Below are positions 8,493-16,390 of a stretch of 32,000 nt of DNA, in pieces (within the stretch, counting starts at the first letter, position 1; the number at the start of each line of letters is the position of its first letter). The stretch is from positions 240,001 through 272,000 of the forward strand of contig NC_014735.1 of NCBI RefSeq assembly GCF_000172995.2, given 5' to 3'. Position numbers and translations under genes: made by a program. Below the pieces are notes generated by a model. It saw nothing but the letters and a program-made list of their open reading frames with translations, had not been told where the DNA came from and did no database searches. The stretch is from Halogeometricum borinquense DSM 11551. Lineage in GTDB: Archaea; Halobacteriota; Halobacteria; Halobacteriales; Haloferacaceae.

Positions 8493-9078
8493 TGCTCCGT
8501 CTCCGAGATAGATTCTTCGATGTCCCGGATCTGTGAGATAAACTCGTGATCGTCTGCAAGCCGTTCTCTTTCCGCGTCGAGCGACGACTTTCGCTCTTCG
8601 ATAGCCGCCTGCAACTGACTGTAAGCGAGACTCTGTTTCAGTTCCGCCTCCGACTTCGATTCCCGGAGAACCGCTGCTTTGTTCTGTAGCGCGTAGAGGC
8701 TCCGTATCTCGGCCGCAAATTCGCTGCGGGAGAGCAATTGCTGCACGAGGTCTCTGAGTTCCTGTCGTTTGATCGGCTTCGTTAGGTATGCGTCGAATCC
8801 CATCTTGAGTATCTCCCACCGGGGTCCACCGCCGAAACGATTGCAACGTAACAGTCGATATCGCGCTCGTGAATTCGTTCGAGGACTTCGTCACCTGACA
8901 CTCCTGGCATCCGACGATCGAGGAGAATCACGTCAATCGCGTCGTGAACAGCATCGAGCGCTTCTCGCCCACCCATCGCTAACTCTACTCGGTAGTCAGC
9001 AGAAAGCCAGTGTTCGTACGTCTTGGCGACTTGTAAGTCGTCCTCGACGATCAGCACTCGATGCCGGTTATCACTCAT
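8489..9078 (-). pseudogene. REC-HalX response regulator interrupted by a 1-nt deletion (or an assembly error) near 8819-8824
   Basis: Frame A (9078->) reads MSDNRHRVLIVEDD...ILLDRRMPGVSGDEVLERI...CYVAIVSAVDP and then runs into nonsense and a stop. The frame shifted by one nt continues as WEILKMGFDAYLTKPIKRQELRDLV, followed by a coiled-coil HalX-like segment ending at 8489. The total span is 590 nt (3n+2), consistent with one missing base in the run CCCCGG. Confidence 0.75.
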
Positions 9079-9545
9079 CTACTCTTTCGTACGAACTGAT
9101 ATGTATGAACGTTTCCTTTGCGGAGCGGAAGTTCACCACGCTCTATCGCTGAATGTATGTCAATATATTATCAATAGGGGTATGTAGTCAATCAACCTGT
9201 ACGGCCCTATCTCTAGGAGAGCTAGTCGAAACCATATTGAAACTTAGTTAGTGAAACTTTGGTTTTATATCTCCCAATTTATTCATAAATAACTCGATTA
9301 TCTCCCTTTTCACCTATATTTACTCCAGATTCTCAGTATAGATATCGCACGCACGAATCTATATCTGCATCTCTTGTATACAAGACCTCATTCTCCTCCT
9401 GTCTCTTTCTGGTCGAACTCAACAGCGTGCGGCAAATACGACGCTGTTTTTGCTGCGGCGGTTGCCGCGGACTGCTGATCACTTTGTTTCGATGTGAGCC
9501 TCTCGGTCGGTGAACACTCACGGTGTTGGGGAACACATCTCCGCT

Positions 9546-10394
9546 ATGGGCTCGAAAACCGTTCGCCGGTGGCTTCCAGTCACCGCTCTCACTGTCGCTG
9601 CCGCCGCCTCACTTCGGCGCGTTCGGTACGACCAGACGACGAAAAAGCGTATCGAGGACCTCCTTTCGGCCGCCAAGCCGACCTCGAAGCTGACCTATCA
9701 GCGGGAAGATGTCGAACACCTTCCTGAGCCTGTGAGACGATACTTCGAGGCCGTTCTCGAAGATGGACAGCCTCGTGTTCGCGCCGCCCGTCTGTCACAA
9801 CGCGGGGAGTTCAGGTTCGGTGGCCGGTCAGGTTCGTGGAAGCCACTGCGGGCTACCCAGTACTACACAGTTGACCCACCGGGATTTGTTTGGGACGCTG
9901 ATATCGAGGTACTCCCGTTCGTTTCGGTTCGTGTCGTTGACGCCTACGAACGCGGCCGCGGATCGCTTCGGGCGATGCTTCTTTCGGCGTTCTCTGTCGC
10001 TAACGCACCCCCCGGTGAAGCGATGAACGAAGGAGAGTTACTTCGGTATCTGGCAGAAGCTGTTTGGTTCCCGACGGCACTGCTTCCCGGTGAGCACGTC
10101 GAGTGGGAGCCAATCGATGAGTACGCCGCCAGAGCGACGATTGAGGACCGGGGCAACACTGCCTCGCTCGTCTTTCACTTCGATGATGACGGTCTCGTCA
10201 GGCGTGTGTCTGCAGCGGCGCGCTATCGGCAGGAGGACGATAGTCTCGAACGGTGGACGGGGTACTTTTCGGAGTACGAGTGGCACGACGGAATACGGAT
10301 TCCGACTGAGGCATCCGTCGAGTGGACGCTTCCCAGCGGCGACATGCCGTATTGGCGTGCGAGTATTGAGTCGGTTGGGTATCGACAACGCTGA
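9546..10394 (+). CDS. Conserved hypothetical protein with an N-terminal membrane anchor (resembles the family I recall as DUF6544)
   Basis: 282 aa from ATG 9546 (GTG 9510 is an alternative). The N-terminus is hydrophobic: MGSKTVRRWLPVTALTVAAAASL. Conserved-looking blocks follow: LPEPVRRYFEAVL, GEFRFG, PGFVWDA, LLRYLAEAVWFPTALLP. The family name is from memory and unverified. Confidence 0.65.
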   Translation: MGSKTVRRWLPVTALTVAAAASLRRVRYDQTTKKRIEDLLSAAKPTSKLTYQREDVEHLPEPVRRYFEAVLEDGQPRVRAARLSQRGEFRFGGRSGSWKPLRATQYYTVDPPGFVWDADIEVLPFVSVRVVDAYERGRGSLRAMLLSAFSVANAPPGEAMNEGELLRYLAEAVWFPTALLPGEHVEWEPIDEYAARATIEDRGNTASLVFHFDDDGLVRRVSAAARYRQEDDSLERWTGYFSEYEWHDGIRIPTEASVEWTLPSGDMPYWRASIESVGYRQR

Positions 10395-10444
10395 CTTTCA
10401 GATACTGCTAGTGCTTCGGCTCGCCGGGAACGCTCCCGTCGTCG

Positions 10445-11815
10445 CTACGCGGCTTTCGGGAGTGTAACCGAAAAGACGGCTCCTTCCGGCTCGTTGTCTT
10501 CGACTTCGATACTCCCACCGTAGCCTTCGACGAGCGTTTGGACGAGGTAGAGACCGATACCGGTTCCCTCGCTGTCGAGTCCTTTCTCGCCCTTTCCGAA
10601 GATTTTCTCCTTTTGGTTGTCGGGAATCCCCGGTCCGTTGTCCGCGACTCGGACGATGATCTCGTCGTCGCGTTCGTCGATAGTAACAGTAATCTCCGGC
10701 ACTTGCTTGTCGTTGTGCAGGACAGCGTTCTTTAGCAGGTTGCGGAAAACCGACGGAAGCATATCGTCGGCCGACACCGTTACGTCCGGAACCGGTTCAT
10801 CGACCGTGACAACCGCGTCCGAATTCGCCGCACGGATATCTTCGACCTCACTCAGTAGACTCTCTTGAAGCTCCTCTGTACCGGTCTCGCTCACGTCTGC
10901 GAACAGGACTTCCGAAATCTCTCGGGCCGTTCGGGTGAGTTCGACAGCGTGTTCGGCACGCTTCTGAATCGTCTCGACGTACGCTTTGTCTTCCTCGTCG
11001 AGTTGTTCGGCGATTAAATCGGCGTAGCCGGAAACCATCTGGAGGTCGTTGCGGATGTCGTGACGAAGAACTTGATTGAGAATATCGAGTGTATCGCGCT
11101 GTGATTCAAGCTGTTGCTCGTACTCTTTTCGCTCCGTAATCTCCCGCGAGTAAACGGACAGTCCGTCGTCGTCGGCGAACATACGGATTTCGACCCAATA
11201 GCCGAACGGCTCTGGAAGATACTGTTCTGTTTCCGCCGGCTCTCCGGTTTCCATCACGCGACGGAATTGTGCTTTGAGTTCCGTCGGGATGCGCTCCTCG
11301 TAGACATCCCAGATGTTCTCTCCGACGATTTCACCGGGTTCGATGTCGGTCCGCTCTGCAATTCGTTCGTTCCAGAACGTCACGTTCCAGTCGGAATCGA
11401 CCGTGAAGACGGAATCGGTCGTCCGTTCCAGAAACTGGTACTGCCCCGAGAGGTCGATTGCGGCGCACATCGCCCCTTCGAGCTTGTCGTCAGTGTCGTA
11501 GATCGGCTCTGCGGCTATTCTGTAGCGGTTCTGTCTCGATGAGTGGATTGATGTGAACTCCCGTTCGACGTGTGATTCTGTCTCTATTGCTTCCCGCTTG
11601 GCCTCCATTACCGGTCCAGAAACAGCGTCCGTGAACAGTTCTGCATCCGTTTTCCCGATTATTTCTTCTTTAGACACCCCGAGTGTCGGTTTGGCGACCC
11701 ACGTGTGTCGCAGTTCGGTGTCAACGAACGACCCGTTCATCCGACCAGTTTCGAGTACTAACTCCAAGAAGCGCTCTGTCCTCTGGAGTTCCCGGCGTAA
11801 CGCATTCTCTGTCAT
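10445..11815 (-). CDS. Sensor histidine kinase (PAS, PAS, H-box, HATPase_c)
   Basis: 456 aa. It has two PAS-like modules (..DITERKEYEQQL at the end of the second), the H-box LNQVLRHDIRNDLQMVSGY, the N-box FRNLLKNAVLHN, and G-boxes DNGPGIP and GTGIGLYLV. Confidence 0.9.
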   Translation of the reverse strand: MTENALRRELQRTERFLELVLETGRMNGSFVDTELRHTWVAKPTLGVSKEEIIGKTDAELFTDAVSGPVMEAKREAIETESHVEREFTSIHSSRQNRYRIAAEPIYDTDDKLEGAMCAAIDLSGQYQFLERTTDSVFTVDSDWNVTFWNERIAERTDIEPGEIVGENIWDVYEERIPTELKAQFRRVMETGEPAETEQYLPEPFGYWVEIRMFADDDGLSVYSREITERKEYEQQLESQRDTLDILNQVLRHDIRNDLQMVSGYADLIAEQLDEEDKAYVETIQKRAEHAVELTRTAREISEVLFADVSETGTEELQESLLSEVEDIRAANSDAVVTVDEPVPDVTVSADDMLPSVFRNLLKNAVLHNDKQVPEITVTIDERDDEIIVRVADNGPGIPDNQKEKIFGKGEKGLDSEGTGIGLYLVQTLVEGYGGSIEVEDNEPEGAVFSVTLPKAA

Positions 11816-12032
11816 TTGTTATCGAATATTAAGCTTTTTTTTTTGCGACCGGTGATCGCATCCTTCCACCGTTATTCGTCGTCGAATGCGCGTTCTCCCC
11901 CTTCTGAGCCATCTCTGGTATGATATAGTGGATTAGTCTAATAAGTATGAATGTCAGCGTATCGATTATGATTCTTAAATAATAGATAGTTGACACATAC
12001 TGCGACAGAGAACTCGGAGGGAGCTTTCGACT

Positions 12033-13376
12033 TCAGTTGCTGGTGGTGGACGCCCGCTCGGACACTCGAATCTCGATGTCCTCTGCGGGTTTGAGGTTCG
12101 AGCTAGCGATTAGTTCCGGGTCGGGGTCCGAGACTAACTCGAACTCGTACCGGCGGAGTATCGACGCGATAACCGTTTTCATCTCCATGCGAGCGAATCG
12201 CATCCCGATGCAGTGACGCGGGCCACCGCCGAACGGGAAGTAGGCGTACTCCGGACGGTCTGACTCCCCGGCGAAGCGATCCGGTCGGTAGGTCTGCGGA
12301 TCGTCCCACCACGCCGAATCGCGGTGGACCACCCACGGTGACAACACCAGCGTCGTTCCGTTCGGAATTCGATATCCCGCCAATTTGACGTCTCTCGCCG
12401 TCTCTCTGAAGAACAGGTACACGGGTGGGTAGAGTCGCAGTGCTTCGTCGATAGCGCGTCCGGTCTGTTCGAGTTCCGGCAGGTCTGCGGCAGTCACGGA
12501 CCCGTCACAGACAGAATCGACTTCAGCGCGAATTCGTTCCTGTTCGTCAGGGTTCCGAGCAAGACAGAGGACCGTGTAGGTAAGCCCGAGCGCTGTCGTC
12601 TCGTGGCCGGCGAACAGGAACGTAATCAGATTGTCGCGGAACTCCGACATCGTCAGGTCGCCCGACTCGACGAACCCGACGAGAATCGACAGTAAGTCGT
12701 CGCCGCGTTCTTCTCGCGGCCGACGACGACGCTGGTCTGCCAACCCGTCTACGAACTCCCGTAGCCGCTCGATCTCCCGCCTGTAGCGTCGATTCGTCGG
12801 CGTCGGAACGCTGTCCGGGAGGAACGACCAGAACCGGTTGGTATCGAATCGAGCGAGGATGGCATCGGACGCGTCCGTAACGACCGGTTCGTCAGCCACG
12901 TCCACGCCGAACAGCGTCCGTCCGAGTACGTCGATAGTCATCGCCGTCATCGCGTCGTTCACTTCAATGACGGCTTCGTCGTGCCAGTCGTCGAGCGACT
13001 GTGACGCGGTATCGCGCATCGCGGGTACGTAGGTGTCTAACCGTTCCCGATAGAACGCCGGTTGCATCCGCGTTCGCTGGCGGTGCCACTGCTCACCCGC
13101 TGAGAGAAACAACCCGTCGCCCATCGCATCGCCCAGACTTCGAGTTAGCACGTCTCCTTTCTCGTAGGCATCGTGGTCTTCGAGGAGGATTTGCCGAATC
13201 GCTTCGGGGTCTGCAACCATGCACGCGTCGGTACCGAATACGCGGTAGCTGGCGATACGACCGTACTCGTTCCGCAGACCCTCGTAGAACTCGAGGATAT
13301 CGCGGCTCAACTCGACCGTGTTGCCGACGACTGGGAGTCCGCCATCCCCGGGCGGGTAGCCTCCTTCGGTGCTCAT
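12033..13376 (-). CDS. Cytochrome P450
   Basis: 447 aa. The heme-thiolate loop is FPFGGGPRHCIGMRFA, the I-helix motif is FLFAGHETTA, and the ExxR motif is EALRLYPP. Confidence 0.9.
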   Translation of the reverse strand: MSTEGGYPPGDGGLPVVGNTVELSRDILEFYEGLRNEYGRIASYRVFGTDACMVADPEAIRQILLEDHDAYEKGDVLTRSLGDAMGDGLFLSAGEQWHRQRTRMQPAFYRERLDTYVPAMRDTASQSLDDWHDEAVIEVNDAMTAMTIDVLGRTLFGVDVADEPVVTDASDAILARFDTNRFWSFLPDSVPTPTNRRYRREIERLREFVDGLADQRRRRPREERGDDLLSILVGFVESGDLTMSEFRDNLITFLFAGHETTALGLTYTVLCLARNPDEQERIRAEVDSVCDGSVTAADLPELEQTGRAIDEALRLYPPVYLFFRETARDVKLAGYRIPNGTTLVLSPWVVHRDSAWWDDPQTYRPDRFAGESDRPEYAYFPFGGGPRHCIGMRFARMEMKTVIASILRRYEFELVSDPDPELIASSNLKPAEDIEIRVSERASTTSN

Positions 13377-13459
13377 ACGTATCGATTTTGACGCTTGACC
13401 AACGTTGTTGTGTCGGACACGTCCGTGCTTTTATTATTAGCTGGTCGGTTCATCGGACG

Positions 13460-14137
13460 ATGCGGTATCTCCAACTTCGACTTCACCTCCCGTCGGAGGT
13501 CCGTCATCCGATGCACCAGTTTCTCAGCGAGCAAGAGTTAATTCGTCGCGCCTACCTCAGACATTGGAACTTCTCGGACCCATCTGCAGTTACGACGCTG
13601 TTCCACGTCGTCGGCGATGTCGCCGAAGGGAGCGATGAGTACATCGATGCGCTCGATGCAGTCGATACTATCGTCGAATACGACATTACGCCGGTTGACG
13701 ACCGCAGTTTCTACGTCTACGTCACCGAGGCAACGAACGGCATCGCACGAGAACTTCGAACGCTGCTCACAGACACTGATCTCCTCGTAGTCCCGCCAAT
13801 CGTGTACGGGCCAGATGGGGAGATGCAACTCGAAATCGCCGGTCACGATTCTGAACTCCAAGCGGTTGTCGCTGGCTTGCCAAGCCACGTGTCCGTCTCG
13901 GTGGACCGACTCGGCGAGTACGACGCCCACCGGGAGTCATCCGTTGCAGTCCTGACCGAACGACAGCGAGAAGTGGTCTCTGTCGCCCGCGAAATCGGTT
14001 ACTACGATGTGCCTCGCAACGCGGGTGTGCGCGATGTTGCAGACCGGTTAGACTGCTCGAAAAGTACCACGGCGAATCACTTGCGGAAGGCGGAGGCACG
14101 ACTGGTGGCGCTGTACGGTGACGGTAACACGACTTGA
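13460..14137 (+). CDS. HTH_10 (Bat/DmsR-like) transcription regulator, divergent from the P450 gene
   Basis: 225 aa from ATG 13460. The C-terminal signature is LTERQREVVSVAREIGYYDVPRNAGVRDVADRLDCSKSTTANHLRKAEARL. The 153 upstream codons of the track ORF are antisense to the P450 gene and Arg-rich, so they are rejected. Confidence 0.8.
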   Translation: MRYLQLRLHLPSEVRHPMHQFLSEQELIRRAYLRHWNFSDPSAVTTLFHVVGDVAEGSDEYIDALDAVDTIVEYDITPVDDRSFYVYVTEATNGIARELRTLLTDTDLLVVPPIVYGPDGEMQLEIAGHDSELQAVVAGLPSHVSVSVDRLGEYDAHRESSVAVLTERQREVVSVAREIGYYDVPRNAGVRDVADRLDCSKSTTANHLRKAEARLVALYGDGNTT

Positions 14138-14431
14138 CAATCTTTGACTGTGAGCTCGTTCGGGACAGATTCACATACGTGAGTTTCTGCCAGTTCACCG
14201 CGCAGTCTTGCGCTTTTGCACTCCTGTCTGCTTTTCTATTCTCCCCGCTACGAGAACAGTCTCGCACGATGGTCTAACAGACGAAATGAGGGGGGACTCC
14301 TTCGAACATCTGTCTTCTCCGACGCCGTTCCTTCACGCCAGTTCCTGATCTCACGAGAAATCTCTCCGTTCTGTTGGTGGTGACTCCGACGTGGTTCGCT
14401 CCATCTGCCTTCTGATTCACTGCCAACTCAT

Positions 14432-14451
14432 GGATTAGATTAATCTAATCC
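14432..14451. promoter_or_regulatory. Perfect 20-bp palindrome GGATTAGATTAATCTAATCC, a candidate DtxR-family operator upstream of the metal ABC operon
   Basis: The sequence equals its own reverse complement. It lies 54-73 nt upstream of ATG 14505 and 16 nt upstream of a TATA-like gtattatataatta (14468-14481). The TTAG/CTAA half-site cores resemble the DtxR/IdeR box. Extra ATTAG half-sites occur at 14456, 14479 and 14494. Confidence 0.5.
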
Positions 14452-14504
14452 TTATTTTAGATGGCAAGTATTATATAATTAGCTAGGACACCGATTAGTC
14501 GAAG

Positions 14505-15608
14505 ATGGACGATACGAACCAATCACGTTTGCAGAAGCACTTCTCACGGCGGCAAGCTCTTACTGCAGGTGCAGGTCTTGTTACTACTGGTCTCGCTGGC
14601 TGCATGGGGAGCGGCACCGCTGAAAACAACGAATCGAACGGCTCCGTTACCGGTTCGCCAAGCGGTTCTGATGATTCTGAATCGCAAACGCTCTCTGTCG
14701 CGTCGTTCTTCAGTTTCTACGACTTCGCACGCAAGGTCGCACGCGACACGCCGGTCGAGATAGAGAATCTCATTCCGACGGGTCTGCACGGACACGGATG
14801 GAAGCCGAACGCGAGCATTACGAAGAAGATTATCGAGGCTGACGCCTTCATCCACGTCGGTGAGGACTTCCAGCCGTGGGCTGACCGAGCGATCAAGACG
14901 ATCAAAGGAGACAACGTCGATACCCAACTTATCAACGTCCGCGAGGGTATCGAACTGGTTGATCTCGCTGCCAGTCTCGATCCTGAAGAAGAGGGTATCG
15001 GTGAGAATCGCGGAAAGGACCCGCATTTCTGGCTTGACCCGAATCGTGCGGCTCAATCGGTCGATAACATCGCCGATGGGCTTGCGAAACTCGCACCCGA
15101 GCACGAGGACGCCTTCCGGAAGAACGCCGAGACGTACAAGACGGACGTTCTCGACCGCATCGATCAAGACTACGCGGACATTTTCGACCGCGCAGATCGA
15201 GATGTCGTTCAGTTGGCAGCGCACAACGCCTTCCAGTACCTCGGCGTCACCTACGGCGTCGAGATGCGGCCCTTGGTCGTCAATCTCGCCGCCAGCGGCG
15301 ACGTCAAACCGACGGATATCACCGAAGCCAAGCGCGTCATCCAGGAAAACGATATCAACCACATCGGTGCCGCAGTGTTCGAAACGCGTCGTCCAGCCCA
15401 GCAACTGCTTACCGAGACGGATGTCGAATCGTACTTCCCGGTAACGCCGTACGCTGGCGTCCGCAAAGACTGGGTCGAGATGGGCTGGGGGTACGAGGAA
15501 ATCGCCTACAACATCAACATGCCCACCTTCGAGGTCGTCCTCGGTAACAAGGCGCCCAAAGAGGTCGGTCCCGACGGCTGGGCGGACCAGTGGAGGAACT
15601 TCGAATGA
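14505..15608 (+). CDS. Metal (Mn/Zn-type) ABC transporter substrate-binding lipoprotein, TroA/ZnuA family
   Basis: 367 aa. The Tat-like signal plus lipobox is SRRQALTAGAGLVTTGLAGC, followed by a Ser/Gly/Asp linker. Family motifs are GLHGHGWKPN and DPHFWLDP. The inter-lobe loop is acidic rather than His-rich. Confidence 0.9.
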   Translation: MDDTNQSRLQKHFSRRQALTAGAGLVTTGLAGCMGSGTAENNESNGSVTGSPSGSDDSESQTLSVASFFSFYDFARKVARDTPVEIENLIPTGLHGHGWKPNASITKKIIEADAFIHVGEDFQPWADRAIKTIKGDNVDTQLINVREGIELVDLAASLDPEEEGIGENRGKDPHFWLDPNRAAQSVDNIADGLAKLAPEHEDAFRKNAETYKTDVLDRIDQDYADIFDRADRDVVQLAAHNAFQYLGVTYGVEMRPLVVNLAASGDVKPTDITEAKRVIQENDINHIGAAVFETRRPAQQLLTETDVESYFPVTPYAGVRKDWVEMGWGYEEIAYNINMPTFEVVLGNKAPKEVGPDGWADQWRNFE

Positions 15609-16390
15609 GCACGCAGAACGCCGAGAACGCCGCAAGTACCGGCATCGTAGACAGTTCCTACCCGGTTATCGAACTCTCAGAGGTTGATTTCGGCTACACG
15701 GCAGCCTCGGTCGTCAAGGACATCTCGCTTCAGATAGACTCCGGGGAGTACGCCGCAGTCGTCGGACCGAACGGGTCGGGCAAATCGACGCTGATGAAGT
15801 TGATGTTAGGGTTGCTCCGTCCGGACAAAGGTGTCACCAAACTGTTTGGCGAGCCCTCGCATCAGTTCGACGACGGCTCCCGAATCGGCTACGTCGCTCA
15901 ACACGCGAGCGCGTCCAAGGATATGCCGATAACCGTCCGCGAGGTCGTCAAGATGGGCCGATTCCCACACGTCGGCTTCGGCCGCCTTTCCGATGAAGAC
16001 TGGCAGATTGTCGATCGTGCGCTCGACACAGTCGGTATGACGGCGTTCGCAAACCGTCGTGTGACGCAGTTATCGGGTGGCCAGCGTCAGCGAGCGTTCA
16101 TCGCTCGCGCACTCGCCAGCGAGGCTGATCTGCTCGTCCTCGACGAACCGACCGTCGGCGTCGATATCGAATCTGTCGAGTCGTTCTACGACCTCCTCGA
16201 CTCGTTGAACGAGGACGGAATCACCATCCTCCTCATCGAACACGACCTGAGTGCAGTTACCGAACACGCAGACCGAGTCATCTGTCTCAACCGCGAGATA
16301 TACTTCGACGGGCCGACGTCGGAGTTCGTCGAAAGCGATGCGTTGGCTCGCGCGTTTGGGACGGCAGCGAACTTCCTGGGTGATCTCTGA
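15605..16390 (+). CDS. Metal ABC transporter ATP-binding protein (ZnuC/MntB-like)
   Basis: 261 aa from ATG 15605, which overlaps the SBP stop (ATGA). Walker A is GPNGSGKST, the signature is LSGGQRQR, and Walker B is LLVLDEP. Confidence 0.9.
   Translation: MSTQNAENAASTGIVDSSYPVIELSEVDFGYTAASVVKDISLQIDSGEYAAVVGPNGSGKSTLMKLMLGLLRPDKGVTKLFGEPSHQFDDGSRIGYVAQHASASKDMPITVREVVKMGRFPHVGFGRLSDEDWQIVDRALDTVGMTAFANRRVTQLSGGQRQRAFIARALASEADLLVLDEPTVGVDIESVESFYDLLDSLNEDGITILLIEHDLSAVTEHADRVICLNREIYFDGPTSEFVESDALARAFGTAANFLGDL

Noticed and set aside
8493-8894. N-terminal 134 codons of the 341-aa track ORF (7869-8894)
   Set aside because: This part overlaps, in a third frame, the receiver and HalX reading frames, both of which have clear domain signatures. 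Its translation is Arg/Gly/Thr-rich. The real gene starts at ATG 8492, coupled to the upstream stop.
11835-11844. T10 run that looks like an archaeal oligo-T terminator
   Set aside because: No plus-strand gene ends anywhere near it, since the nearest stops at 10394. On the minus strand it reads A10. It sits in the promoter/5' region of the histidine kinase gene, so it is more likely just AT-rich spacer.
11942-11952. ATTAGTCTAAT, a third palindrome with the same ATTAG/CTAAT half-sites as the two candidate operators
   Set aside because: The half-sites are separated by 1 nt instead of 6. A dimeric DtxR-type protein would therefore not contact them in the same way. No metal-related gene is adjacent. 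It is kept only as a note.
13001-13459. N-terminal 153 codons of the 378-aa track ORF (13001-14137)
   Set aside because: This part is antisense to the P450 CDS and extremely Arg-rich. A proper ATG at 13460 follows an AT-rich promoter-like spacer and begins the protein-like part.
14544-15635. 363-aa ORF antisense to the metal-binding lipoprotein gene
   Set aside because: It is fully nested opposite a CDS that has clear family motifs and a signal peptide. Its translation is Arg/Val-rich with no recognisable motif.
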